Below are positions 1 to 11,856 of a stretch of DNA of 64,000 nt, piece after piece (positions within the stretch are counted from its first letter, which is position 1; every line of letters starts with the position of its first letter). The stretch spans positions 150,042,001 through 150,106,000 of the forward strand of contig CM059432.1 in NCBI GenBank assembly GCA_030390025.1, in the 5' to 3' direction. Source of the DNA: Squalus acanthias. Its lineage: Eukaryota. The position numbers and the translations under genes were made by a program. The notes under the pieces were generated by a model, which searched no databases, was not told the DNA's origin, and saw only the letters and a program-made list of their open reading frames with translations.

Positions 1-559
1 AGGGGCCAAAACCCAGAGATCGTCGGCCAAGAGCATCTCAACATTCAGAGGAGGGATCTGAGCAGCCTGCCTCCACCTCTGCTCAAGCCACAGGAGTGGC
101 ACCACATAGGAGTGGTAGGAAAAGGAAGACTAAAGCTTTGTAGTTACACAAGGGTGTGCACATGGGTCTACGCGAAAATGTTATGTTGTGAAATTTCTGT
201 TCTTTAATAGAATCACATAAATGTTATTACTTTGCACCACTTTCCCATCTTGCCCATTCTTGGGCGCTGGTGGCAAGTCGCCTTTTAACTTGCTTGATGA
301 TGAATGGGAAGACATGAATTGACGGGACCAATGGGGGTGTGTGCAAGGGGTGGTTGGTTGTTTGCGGGACTGCTTTGTGTCAGTGGCATTGGCAGGGGGG
401 ACGGAAAGAGTGGCCGTTGCATGTACTAGTGACATGGATCCACACGGTGCAACCTAAGTGAACCTTGCATTAATAAGGGCATCCATGGCAGCCCAGGCAG
501 TAATATGAGCAGTTGGTGCTGCATTTCCCTCATCAGCTTCCTCCTCCTCCTCGGAATCG

Positions 560-2939
560 TCTGGTTGTCATATGGCATTCATTGTAGAGCTGTTGGGCTT
601 CATTGGTCAGGTTTCCGGGTGAGTTTTCATCAGCCAAGTTTGAAGTGGGTATCCCTTGCATCCTAGCAGCCACCCCTTAAGTGTGCTTGTAGGTCCAAAG
701 ACAGCAGGGAGCTTGGACTGCCGCAGGACGAAAGCATCATGGCAGCTCCCCGGGAATCACGCCCACACCTGCGTAAATATCGTTTTGTGGTTGCATGCCA
801 GCTGCACATTGATGGAATGGAAGCCCTTGCAGTTCATAAATACTCCTGGTTAATCTGCGTGGTGCGCGGATTGCCACTAGTGTGTGCAGTCAATGAACCC
901 CTGCACCTGTGGGAACCAGCCAGAGACGCAAACCCGAGCGCTCGCTCATTCTGACTGGCGTCATCGCAGGCAAAGTTTGCATAAATTCCGGCCTTGGCAA
1001 ACAAGCCATCAGTCACCTGTCTTATGCATTTGTGGGCCGCCGACTGGGAGATCCTAGATATGTCTCCGGCAGAGCCCTGGAAGGATCCAGAGGCAAAGCA
1101 GTTGAGGGCAGTGGTGACTTTGACAGCCACTGGTAACGCATTGCCTCCAGGTCCAGTAGGGAGCAGGTCTTCTTCCAGGAGACTGCAGATGTCTGCCACC
1201 ACCTGATGCAACAACCTGAGCCTCCTGAAGCACTGCTGTTCCGACATGTCAAGGAAACTCAGCCTCTGCCTGTACACCCTATGTCATAGGTAGTCCCTCC
1301 AGTGAGCTGCCCTCTCTGCTGCTCCCCTCTCTGCTGCTCCCTCTCTGCTGCTCCTCTCTCTGCTGCTCCCTCTCTGCTGCTCCTCTCTCTGCTGCTCCCT
1401 CTCTGCTGCTCCCCTCTCTGCTGCTCCCTCTCTGCTGCTCCTCTCTCTGCTGCTCCTCTCTCTGCTGCTCCTCTCTCTGCTGCTCCTCTCTCTGCTGCTC
1501 CCCTCTCTGCTGCTCCCTCTCTGCTGCTCCCCTCTCTGCTGCTCCCTCTCTGCTGCTCCTCTCTCTGCTGCTCCTCTCTCTGCTGCTCCTCTCTCTGCTG
1601 CTCCTCTCTCTGCTGCTCCCCTCTCTGCTGCTCCCTCTCTGCTGCTCCCCTCTCTGCTGCTCCCTTTCTGCTGCTCCCTCTCTCTGCTGCTCCTCTCTCT
1701 GCTGCTCCTCTCTCTGCTGCTCCTCTCTCTGCTGCTCCCCTCTCTGCTGCTCCCTCTCTGCTGCTCCCCTCTCTGCTGCTCCCTTTCTGCTGCTCCCTCT
1801 CTCTGCTGCTCCCTCTCTGCTGCTCCTCTCTCTGCTGCTCCCCTCTCTGCTGCTCCTCTCTCTGCTGCTCCTCTCTCTGCTGCTCCCCTCTCTGCTGCTC
1901 CTCTCTCTGCTGCTCCTCTCTCTGCTGCTCCCCTCTCTGCTGCTCCCCTCTCTGCTGCTCCTCTCTCTGCTGCTCCTCTCTCTGCTGCTCCCTTTCTGCT
2001 GCTCCCTCTCTCTGCTGCTCCCCTCTCTGCTGCTCCCCTCTCTGCTGCTCCCTTTCTGCTGCTCCCTCTCTCTGCTGCTCCCCTCTCTGCTGCTCCCCTC
2101 TCTGCTGCTCCCTTTCTGCTGCTCCCTCTCTCTGCTGCTCCCTCTCTGCTGCTCCTCTCTCTGCTGCTCCCCTCTCTGCTGCTCCCTCTCTGCTGCTGCC
2201 CTCTCTGCTGCTCCTCTCTCTGCTGCTCCTCTCTCTGCTGCTCCCCTCTCTGCTGCTCCCTCTCTGCTGCTCCTCTCTCTGCTGCTCCTCTCTCTGCTGC
2301 TCCCCTCTCTGCTGCTCCCTTTCTGCTGCTCCCTCTCTCTGCTGCTCCCTCTCTGCTGCTCCTCTCTCTGCTGCTCCCTCTCTGCTGCTCCTCTCTCTGC
2401 TGCTCCCCTCTCTGCTGCTGCCCTCTCTGCTGCTCCTCTCTCTGCTGCTCCCTCTCTGCTGCTCCCCTCTCTGCTGCTGCCCTCTCTGCTGCTCCTCTCT
2501 CTGCTGCACCTCTCTCTGCTGCTCCCCTCTCTGCTGCTCCCCTCTCTGCTGCTCCCTTCTCTGCTGCTCCCCTCTCTGCTGCTCCCCTCTCTGCTGCTCC
2601 CTCTCTGCTGCTCCCCTCTCTGCTGCTGCCCTTTCTGCTGCTCCCCTCTCCGCTGCTCCCCTCTCCGCTGCCCTATCTGCTGCCCTCTCTGCTGCTCCCC
2701 TCTCTGCTGCTCCTCTCTCTGCTGCCCTCTCTGCTGCCCTCTCTGCTGCTCCCCTCTCTGCTGCTCCCCTCTCTGCTGCCCTCTCTGCTGCCCTCTCTGC
2801 TGCTCCTCTCTCTGCTGCCCTCTCTGCTGTCCAGCTGCAGGTCTCTGAACAGAGGCTGGTGCTGCTGCTGCTGGTGCTGGAACTGGTCATATTGCTTCTC
2901 ATCTGAGGTACAATCTAATGCAGCCAAGGTGCCACCCAT
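560..2939 (-). pseudogene. PIF/Harbinger (HARBI1-like) DDE transposase, frameshifted, with a tandem array in its N-terminus
   Basis: ATG at 2939 (MGGTLAALD...QHQQQQ). After the array: YRQRLSFLDMSEQQC...LPVAVKVTTALNCFASGSFQ (ORF 834..1277). Then in other frames [48 protein letters not shown]. Stops and frameshifts present. Confidence 0.9.
1306..2830. repeat. Tandem repeat, ~12-15 bp unit (CTCTCTGCTGCTCC[C/T])
   Basis: Directly visible ~1.5-kb pyrimidine-rich array. Confidence 0.97.
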
Positions 2940-3164
2940 CCTGATGTGATTCAGAAAACCTCCAAAGTGTAGAATGAAAACTCTCAGCAAAAACCGTGAA
3001 CAAACCCTTTCCCACCAGCATGTCAGAAAGCAGCTGTGAGTACTGAGCAATTATTGCAGTATTTCCACAACAGCCGTTGTGTTCTCGCCTTACTTTCAAT
3101 GGTGAGTTTCAGGAAGCTCTGCACTGGATGAGCAAATTCGTAAAGCAATCCTTATCTTATAAAA

Positions 3165-3588
3165 GAACTGAGAGGTTATACTATACCTATCAGGAAATAT
3201 TGAACAGGCTCTAGAAAAGAGAAGGATGGCAGGTGACCTGATTTAAGATTGTCTTTAAGATTATGAAAGGGTTTGCTAGGGGAGATGTAGAGAAAATATT
3301 TGCACTTGTGGGGAGAACAAAACTAGGGGTCATAAATATAAGATAGTCACTAATAAATCCAATAAGGAGTTCAGGAGAAACTTTTTTACCCAGAGAGTGG
3401 TGAGAATGTGGAACTTGCTACCACAGGGAGTGATGCATTTAAGGGGAAGCTGGATAAGCACATGAGGGAGAAAGGAATAGGTTATGCTGAATGGATTAGA
3501 AGAAGAGGTGTGGGAAGAGACTCACATGGAGCATAAACGCCGGCATAGACCAGTTGGGCCGAATGGCCTGTTTCTGTGCTGTACATTC
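3165..3588 (+). mobile_element. CR1-type LINE, degenerate 3' fragment
   Basis: ACTAGGGGTCAT...AGAAACTTTTTTACCCAGAGAGTGGTGAGAATGTGGAAC (ORF2 C-terminus) and 3' end GGGCCGAATGGCCTGTTTCTGTGCTGT. Confidence 0.85.
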
Positions 3589-4740
3589 ATAGAAACATAG
3601 AAACATAGAAGATAGGAGCAGGAGTAGGCCATTCGGCCCCTCGAGCCTGCTCCGCCATTCGATGAGATCATGGCTGATCATCCAAATTCAGTACCCTGTC
3701 CCTGCTTTCTCCCCATATCCCTTGATCCCTTTAGCCTTAAGAAATATATCTAACTCATTCTTGAATATATTTAATGAATTGGCCTCAACTACCTTCTGTG
3801 GTAGAGAATTCCACAGGTTCACCACTCTCTGGGTGAAGAAATTCTTCCTCATTTCTGTCCTAAATGGCTTACCCCTTATCCTTAGATTATGACCCCTGGT
3901 TCTGGACTCTCCTACCATCGGGAACATTCTTCCTGCATCTAGTTTGTCCAGACCTGTCAGAATTTTATATGTTTCGATGAGATGCCCTCTCATTCTTCTA
4001 TACTCCAGCGAGTATAAGCCCAATCGACCCAATCTCTCCTCATATGTCATTCCTGCCATCCCAGGTATCAGCCTTGTGAATCTTCGCTGAACTCCTTCCA
4101 TGGCAAGAACATCCTTCCTCAGATAAGGCGACCAAATCTTCACACAGTACTCAAGGTGTGGTCTCACCAAGGCCCTGTACAACTGCAACAGGACATCCCT
4201 GTTCCTATACTCAAACCCTTTCGCTATGAAGGCCAACATACCATTTGCCTTCTTCACCGCCTGCTGCACCTGCATGCTTACCTTCAGCGACTGGTGCACA
4301 AGGACACCCAGGTCTCGTTGCACTTCCCCTTCTCCCAATCTATTGCCATTCAGATAATAGTCTGCCTTTCTGTTTTTGACACCAAAGTGGATAACCACGC
4401 ATTTATCCACGTTATATTGCATCTGCCACGCTTCTGCCCAATCACCCAACCTGTCCAAATCATCCTGGAGTTTCTCGGTATCCTCCTCGCAGCACACAGG
4501 CCCACACAGCTTTGTGTCATCTGCAAACTTGGAGATATTACATTTAGTTCCCTTATCTAGATCATTAATGTATATTGTGAATAGCTGGGGTCCAAGGACC
4601 GATCCCTGCGGTACCCCACTAGTCACTGCCTGCCACTCGGAAAAAGGCCCATTAATTCCTACTCTCTGCTTTCTGTCCGCCAACCAGTTCTCTATCCAAG
4701 TCAATACCTTGCCCCCAATCCCATGTGCCTTAACTTTACC
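3589..4740 (-). mobile_element. CR1/HER1 LINE, 5'-truncated, RT C-terminal half open
   Basis: ORF 3688..~4740 with GVPQGSVLGP, ISKFADDTKL, RPHLEYC; 3'-UTR stem-loop and (TTTCTATG)n tail. Confidence 0.95.
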
Positions 4741-5967
4741 CGCTAAATGTAATAATATACAACAGTGGCCCCAAATACACATTCCAAACCCCTTTGGGGC
4801 TTCCGTGCAGATGTTCTTTTTAATTGAAGCAATAAACTGCTTCTCCCACTGTTCCCCATTGTAGGTCCTCTGTATACTCACATGTCAAGCAACTTGTATT
4901 TAGTGCACATTGCTTTCCAGATTGTAATTCTTTCTAATCTTATCTTTGAACAGGACTGCAAAATAGGTTTCTCAATGAATCGTATAAATTCCACCCACAG
5001 CGCACAAAGAAAAAGAGATGCTGTGGGCTAGAATTTCAGCTCCGTAGCACCCGATTTTTCGTCGCTATGGGTGGCGTCTTGTGATGAAAATGGCGTCGAC
5101 GCCGCATGCGCGCACTTCTGGTGAGGGCGGGCGTTAGGAGCGTGCGCCGGGAGTATTTTGAGTGGGCAGATCATGACGGCAATCAGTGTGCAATGCTGAT
5201 TTGATGCCAACACTGCCATTTTCGTCCTCAAAGCTGGAGCTAACGCCCTGTGTTAACCTCGCTCAGATGAACATGTGTTCAGCAGCTGCAAGGACCCCCC
5301 ACCAGCGATAGTTAAAGGGATCATCAATCACTCTCACGTTAGTTGCTGATTAATTTCTGCTGGCTCTGTGTAAGTTTGTGGAAGTGTTTGGAGCTTTCTA
5401 GAGTTGTTTAAAGTTGGTGAGGTGACGGGGAGTGGTGCTACAAGTGGAGAAGGCCTTGGTGCTGACATTAATGGTTCTGGTCAGGCCGCTTGCTCCCAGT
5501 CGTTGGGGGCTCTAGTTGTCTCACCCCTTGGCCTGCAGCACGACAGGGAGATGGAGCAGAGGCGGCGAAGAAGAGGACAAGCTGCTCACACAGGGAGGAG
5601 GAGGAGGAGGGGGAGAAGGGCTCTCAGCAGGAGGCCTTACCCACCTAGGGTCTTCCGAGAGCAATTCTCTAACTCAAAATGAGCCAGGAGCAGTGTGTGA
5701 GGCATCGGCGCTTTATGAAGGAGGTGGTCACAGAACTCTGCCACCTCTTGCAACCAGACCTGCAGCCTCACTCCAGGGCATGGACAGCGCTGCCAGTGGC
5801 TGTAAAGGTGACCGTGGCCATGAATTTCTTCACATCGGGCTCCTTCCAGGCTGGAGCAGGTGACAGCTGTAACATCTCACAGTTCGCCATCCACTGCTGC
5901 ACAAGAGAGATGACAGACGCTCTTTATGCCAGGAGAGGGGACTTCATTCTCTTCTCTCTGACCAGAG

Positions 5968-6128
5968 TCTGCAATTGTAAAGTACACATGCTTTGTTTTC
6001 CACCTATATATGCTTTGGAGATTCTGTATCTAATTTACTTCACCTGAGGAAGGAGCAAATCGATAGCTCCGAAAGCTTGTGATTTCAAATAAAACTGTTG
6101 GACTATAACCTGGTGTTGTGCGACCTCT
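5968..6128 (+). mobile_element. Penelope-like terminal-repeat fragment inserted in the transposase
   Basis: Matches copies at 23825 and 31183 (GAAAGCTTGTGATTTCAAATAAA..GTTGGACTATAACCTGGTGTTGTGCGAC); interrupts the transposase; CAGAG on both sides. Confidence 0.8.
6040..6082 (+). ncRNA. Minimal type I hammerhead ribozyme motif (family A)
   Basis: TCAC CTGAGGA A GGAGC-AAATCGATA-GCTCC GAAA GC TT GTGA: core CUGANGA/GAAA, stems I and II, palindromic AAGCTT. Confidence 0.8.
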
Positions 6129-7078
6129 CAGAGACAAGCAGGCAGAGCGTGCACGTGGCTTTGCCAGGATAGCGGACTTCCCCATGGTGCAGGGCGCCAT
6201 CGACTGCACACAATATCTTTGCAGACACCATATCTAAATGCTGAGATGTACCGCAACCACAATGTTTTCCACTCGCTGAATGTGCAGTTTGTGTGCAACC
6301 ATGCTCAGCACATCGTGATGGTGAATGCTCGGTATCCTGGCAGAGTCCTGATGCTTTCATTCTGTGCCAATCAGCTGTTCTCTCAGTCTTGGAGCCACTA
6401 AGACAAACCAGAAGGTGGCTACTGAGCGACAAGGGCTATCCCTTGACCACCTGGATCATGACTCCGCTCCGCAGCCTGACCACACATGGCCAGCATTCGT
6501 ACAACGAGAGCCAGGCTGCCACACAAAACATCATAGAGCAGACCATCGGGGCGCTGAAGCAATGGTTCCGCAGCCTGGACTACGCTGGAGGAGCCCTACA
6601 GTACTCACTGGAGCGTTTGTCCCAATTCGTGGTGGCCTCCTGTATCCTCCACAACATGGCCATTGTAGGGCACAGCCTTGCCATCAGGGATACAACCACC
6701 AGCTCAGGAGGAGGAGGAGGAAGAAGAGGATGAAGCGGAAGGGAGGAGGAAACCCAGACAGCATCTTTCTACCCGGGTTGCCCATGATCGACTCATCCGA
6801 CTGCAGTACCAGTGAACATAACCCCAATTCCCCATTCAACAATAGTCCCACACCTTAGCTTCCCTCTGTTACTGACCATCACAGTATCCTCTTGGCCACT
6901 ATGCTGAAATAAAAGCCACCACAAAAGAAACATTCCAATCCAACTTTGTACATCAATCCATCCAATGTTACATAACAAAGTCAACTAATCACCCTTGTGC
7001 ATTCCCTTAGTGCCTGTTTTTCGTGTGCCTTTGTCTGTCGTAGTGCTCCTACGCAGTGCTACCCCAGTGGCTACAGTG

Positions 7079-7171
7079 GACCTCTCTCCTCTTGTTGACC
7101 TCCTACACCAAGGCCTCCAGTGCTGCGTCAGAGAACCTTAGCGCACGCTCTCTCCCCTGTTGTGACTCCAT
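7079..7171 (-). pseudogene. Harbinger Myb/SANT-like partner gene, N-terminal remnant
   Basis: MESQQGRERALRFSDAALEALV*EVNKRRE, convergent with the transposase. Confidence 0.75.
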
Positions 7172-8269
7172 TGGTGTTTTTCCCTCCTCTCACTCTGTTC
7201 TGCAGCCAGTTGAATGAGCTGCTGCAGGCAGAATGCACCTCCCCTTTAAGAGGTGCAGACTGCCTTTAAGTAGTGCAGGCCAGCTTTAATTGGTGCTAGC
7301 CTCGCACGAACTGGGGCCCCCTGCTGAGCGATCAGCCACTCAGCAGCGCGTTCAGCGCTGGGCTGAACGCCGCAATCATGGTAATGAGCAGGCAGCATGA
7401 AGTTAGCGTGCTGCCAGCATCACTTTGAACAGCCGCGGGGCCCTGCGATGTTTTCGGTGGCAAACAAATTTTTAGCCCTGCATCTTTAATAAAAAAGGAA
7501 ATCTGTGCAGCAGTCCAGGAAAACGGGCCACTCTTTTCAGCTCTCATGAAAATAAGCTTGATTGATTGACCGATGTCCCCAGTGTGATTTCAAGACTCGC
7601 TGGCAATATGTAGCAATGCAAGGGATTCCTGAGGTCAAACCCACTTAATTTGCTTTGCTATTTTTAGCCACCTCACTAGATGAATGCCGTGCTGAATTTT
7701 CAACTGAATTATTCATGGCTCAGCAGAGGAGGGAGCCTGCGTTCCTCTGACATTTGAAAGTAATGATAACAGGGGCTCTAGCAGATTGCAAAAAAAAATC
7801 CTCCTCACTGCCAGTCAGCACATCGCAGCATCAGGGAAGTGGTGAAGGGTTTGGAACAGGACTGACAGCAACGTGTAGGCTTGAAGTGATGATTAAACTG
7901 ATAGGCGCATTCGCCTCCTCGCCAGGGTTTGGAGGCTGCTGGCCAAGTTTACCACTGATGAGGCTGCGCTCAGTTCAAATCATCAACATCTGAGGTGATG
8001 GCATTCTCTCAGCGTGTGCCCCCACCATCCTCCCAACTCCGGTGGCGTGCAAGGATAGAATTAAAGGGGAGTTGATGCCTGTAAGTCACTTTACCAGGAG
8101 TAGCAAACACGATGACCTGTGAGGAGGCATTGTGCCAGGAGATAGAAATTAGTTATTTTAGATCTGTAGATTAATAAAGAGAAAAGGTAAGAATCAAGGA
8201 AACCAGTTTGAAATCTTGTGTTCTGCAGAATGACAGCCTGCTGCAGACTCTTTCTAGCAGTTAACACCA

Positions 8270-9085
8270 CCACAACAACAACAACTTGCATTTAGATAGC
8301 GCCTTCAACACAGTAAAACATCCCAAGGTGTTTCACAGGAGCGTAACTCAAACAAAATTTGACACCGAGCCACATCAGGAGGTATTAGGACAGGAGACCA
8401 AAAGCTTGGTCAAAAAGCGTTTTAAGGAGCGTCTGAAAGGAGGAGAGCGAGGTAGAGAGGCGGAGAGGTTTATGCAGGGAATTCCAGAGCTTAGGACCCA
8501 GGTAGCTGAAGGCACGGCCACCAATGGTGGAGCGATGAAAATCGGGGATGCGCAAGAGGCCAGAATTGGAGGAGTGCAGAGATCTCGGGGGGGTTGTGGG
8601 GCTGGAGGAGGTTACAGAGATGGGGAGGGGCGAGGCCATGGAGGGATTTGAACACAAGGATGAGAATTTTAAAATTAAGGCGTTGCCGGACTGGGAGCCA
8701 ATGCAGGTCAGCGAGCTCAGTATCTGAGGGGAGGGAACCCGTTACAACATCAGCTAGTTTGAGGGCCAGGAAGGGAAGTTGGGTCGTCAGCAGTTTAGTG
8801 GGATTAGGGTCAAGAGTGCAGGAGGTGAGTCACATGGACAAGATGAGCTCAGAGACGGCATGAGGGGTAACAGAAGAGAAACTGGAGAAAGATGTGATTC
8901 AGGGCTTGGGCAGGGGGGAGCCTTCGGGGAAGTTTGGCCCGGTGGGCTAGGGGACAGGAGGAAGCAGCAGAGGCAGCTGAACGGATGGTCTCAATCTTAG
9001 TAACAAAGAAGTCCATGAGCTCCTCGCACTTGTTGTTGGAGGTGAGGGTGGAGGACGCAGGGGAGTGGGGTTTAAGGGGACAGTT
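8270..9085 (-). mobile_element. L2-type LINE 3' fragment with (TTG)n tail and 33-bp flanking direct repeat
   Basis: GGRAFSYLGPKLWNSL...SFQTLLKTLF (ORF 8385..8657); repeat 8237-8269 = 9086-9118 with 1 mismatch. Confidence 0.85.
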
Positions 9086-9199
9086 CCTGCTGCAGACTCT
9101 CTCTAGCAGTTAACACCATGCCAGCTGTTCTCGATTCTCCACCTGCCTCAACTTGAAAACCTCCAAACACAGCTGTTGTGTCACCTCCTGGATGCCTGG

Positions 9200-9720
9200 T
9201 GCTACTTTTAGTGCCTGAAAAAGTTAGCGCCCCCTCGCCCGAAATTCAATGGTAGCGCCCCAGGCAGGAGACGGGGCGCTACTGGAAGCGCTCCCCCTCC
9301 CTCTTGGGGCGCCCCCATTGAATATCGCGGCGCTACGTGCAGCAGCGCCACCCGCGTCGGCACGTAGCGCCACAGTACTGCAGGCCTCCCTCTCCTGATT
9401 CAAGGAGGGGCCTAGCGCAGCGCGCACTGGGGCCCTGCTGATCCACCAGGGAGCGGGGTGCCGGCAAAAGAGCCCGGCACTCAAGAGGAGTGCCGGGCTG
9501 CCCGAGCGCGGCCGGCACCCCGCAGGAGGAGGCCAGAGAGGGCAGGTGCTGGCAGGAGGCTCAAATAAAAATGGCCGCCCTGCACCTGCCCTTTAATTTG
9601 CGCTGCCCCAACAGCAAAAACGCCACCCTGACCCTGTCGGACATAGCGTAGGTCAGGGGGCGCGAGCCAAGTTTGCGGCCGGGGCACGAGCGGGGCACTG
9701 CTCATGACGATGATGTCAAA
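9200..9720. mobile_element. GC-rich Harbinger-type MITE, partial
   Basis: Collinear with the TIR-bounded copy at 39070-39800 (GAAAAAGTTAGCGCCCC..., GGGGCGCTAC). Confidence 0.75.
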
Positions 9721-9734
9721 TCTATGATCCTACG

Positions 9735-10080
9735 ATCTCTGTAACCTCCTCCAGCCCTACAAGCTACCGAGCTCTCTGCGCTCCTCCAATTCTGGCCTCT
9801 TGCGCATCCCCGACTTACTTCGCTACACCATTAGCGGGCGTGCCTTCAGCGGTCTAGGTGTTCAGCCTCTGGAATTCCCTCCCTAAACCTCTCCGACCTC
9901 TCTACCTCTCTCTCCTCCTTTAAGGCGCTCCTTAAAACCTACCTCTTTGACCAAGGTTTTGGTCGCCTCTCATAATATCTCTTTATGTGGCTCGGTGTCA
10001 AACTTTATGTGATAGCACTCCTGTGAAGCATCTTGGGACGTTTTACTATATTAAAGGTGCTATAGAAATACAACTTGTTG
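9735..10080 (+). mobile_element. L2-type LINE 3' fragment
   Basis: CTCTGTAACCTCCTCCAGCCCTAC...CTCTGGAATTCCCTCCCTAAACCTCTCC...GGGACGTTTTACTA, the reverse complement of the 8278-8715 segment. Confidence 0.85.
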
Positions 10081-10786
10081 AGGTGCTTTGCTGATACTCA
10101 TGTCTGGCAGTAGAGGCAATGATGGTTATGCAGAGCTCTGAAATTCCCTTCCTAAACCACTCCACCTTTCTACCTCGCTCTCCCCCTTGAAGCTCCTTGG
10201 GACTATGTAAAAGGCACTATAGAAATGCAAGTTGTTGTTGTGCCGGTATATTAAGCTCAAGACCATTGGGCTGTTCATGCAGGGCCACATTTACACAGTT
10301 AAGTAAAAATACTGTCATTCAATGGTTTGCACTCCAGCTTTGTTGGATGCACATCGCCCTGAATCAGTTCTACTTTGTCCTTCCCCCCTCGTCTGTCAAA
10401 CCTCCTCAAAATCAGTGAGTTCATTTTTGTCTGGAGTCCCCTGCCAGTGCTTGGCCTCTCCCAGGCCACCTTCTCCTCAAGCAATATTAACAGCCGTGAG
10501 TGAATGGAAGTAGCTGAGGGATATCTCCCAGATGGCGGTAGACAGCAGATGCAACAGGGAAGACAAGTGCTAAAAGGACCCTGGAACATGCGAGGTTGGA
10601 GTTGTATGGGGGCCACATGCAGGAAGGACTTGTGAGGGGAGTTCCAAACACAGGCTCCAGGTGGAAGAGTTCAAGAGCCATTGAATCAGGGTGCACTGTC
10701 AATGAAGACTTTTGCCCCATTTTGGATCAGTGGAGCAGATACCATGGTGCAAAAAGGAAAAAAAGGAAGGCGCGTGCTCTCTTAAT

Positions 10787-10987
10787 ATAAAAACAGAGAA
10801 TGCTGGAAATACTCAGCAAGTCAGGCAGCATCTGTGGAGAGAGAAACAGATTCAACATTTCCGGTCAATGACCAAACATTAACTTTGTTTCTCTTTTCAC
10901 TGATGCTGCCTGACCTGTTGAGTAATTCCAGCATTTTCTGTTTTTATTTCAGATTTCCAACATTCGCAGTATTCTGCTTTTCTATTT
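10787..10987. mobile_element. Fold-back Penelope-like derivative (family B terminal repeat in inverted arrangement)
   Basis: Arms 10787-10850 and 10884-10946 are reverse complements and match 11790-11855. Confidence 0.8.
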
Positions 10988-11002
10988 GTCCATGTTCTCT
11001 TA

Positions 11003-11245
11003 CCTTGTTTTCCCTCATCAGGTCATTGTACTTTTTCCAACACTGCTCTGCTACCTGTGGGCTGAGAGAGATGGCACTCAACACCACAGCCACTTCCCTC
11101 CACGTGGCTCTGGTGACAAATTTCGGTGGCCTCCATCCCTGCGAGGCCCGAAGGCAACCTTTCCTCCGGCCCATCTCATGCAGAATGACCTGTAAGTCCG
11201 GGTCAGAAAAATTCGGGGCTCACTTCCTTGTTCTGCCGCCACTTT
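11003..11245 (-). pseudogene. Harbinger Myb/SANT-like protein exon remnant
   Basis: TWREVAVVLSAISLSPQVAEQCWKKYNDLMRENK followed by a GTAAG donor-like site. Confidence 0.75.
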
Positions 11246-11384
11246 CCTGAAGCCTTCCTCGATCCTCCAGTGCCTGATGTGGAATCCACGAAGTCTTGAG
11301 AAAAACACAAGGAATCCTTTGGTAAGAAATCATTGAACACTCTTGTCAAAAGATGGAGGAGAAAACAAGCAACACTTAGCTGCT

Positions 11385-11856
11385 CAACGTAAGCTCGAGG
11401 AACAGCACCTCATCTTTCCATTAGGCACTTTACAGCCTTCTGGACTCAACATCGAGTTCAACAATTTCAGACCATAACCTCTGCCCCTATCTTTTTTTTC
11501 CATTTTTTTTCTCTCTCACATGGCAGATGTCGATCATTCTGCCATTGCCATTTACACTTCATCTAGAGTCATCTTTTGTTTCTTAACTTGTCCCATTACC
11601 CTCTCCTTTTGTCTTGCACCATCATCCCTTTTGTCTCTTAATCTCTCCTGCCTTCCATCCTATCACAGACCTTCCCTTTTGTTCTTTCCTCCCCCTCCCC
11701 CCTCTCCCTGCCCCTACACTTGCTTAAAAACCTGTTCCATCTCCAGCTTTTTCCAGTTCTGACGAAGGGTCATCGACCTGAAACGTTAACTCGGTTTCTC
11801 TCTCCACAGATGCTGCCTGACCTGCTGAGCATTTCCAGCATTTTCTGTTTTTATTT
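11385..11856 (+). mobile_element. Penelope-like element 3' fragment (GIY-YIG C-terminus plus 3' repeat)
   Basis: KLEEQHLIFPLGTLQPSGLNIEFNNFRP*, homologous to 35515-35601. Confidence 0.9.
11755..11791 (+). ncRNA. Minimal type I hammerhead ribozyme motif (family B)
   Basis: AGTT CTGACGA A GGGTC-ATC-GACCT GAAA CG TT AACT; palindromic AACGTT. Confidence 0.8.

Larger units (their letters stand above)
5500..6665 (+). pseudogene. Harbinger transposase pseudogene
   Basis: RRPYPPRVFRE, MSQEQC..LPVAVKVTVAMNFFTSGSFQ, FPMVQGAIDCT, FHSLNVQFVC, WLLSDKGYPL, IEQTIGALKQWFRSL, CILHNMA spread over several frames. Confidence 0.92.
5025..7478 (+). mobile_element. PIF/Harbinger DNA transposon, internally deleted, both TIRs present
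   Basis: Left GGGCTAGAATTT (5025) and right AAATTTTTAGCCC (7478); flanks TGT/TGC; contains transposase and convergent Myb-like remnants. Confidence 0.85.

Noticed and set aside
1259..2906. 547-aa and 534-aa ORFs (REQQR / CCSPL; resembling trichohyalin or keratin-associated proteins)
   Set aside because: By-products of a stop-free tandem repeat, open on both strands with constant frame drift
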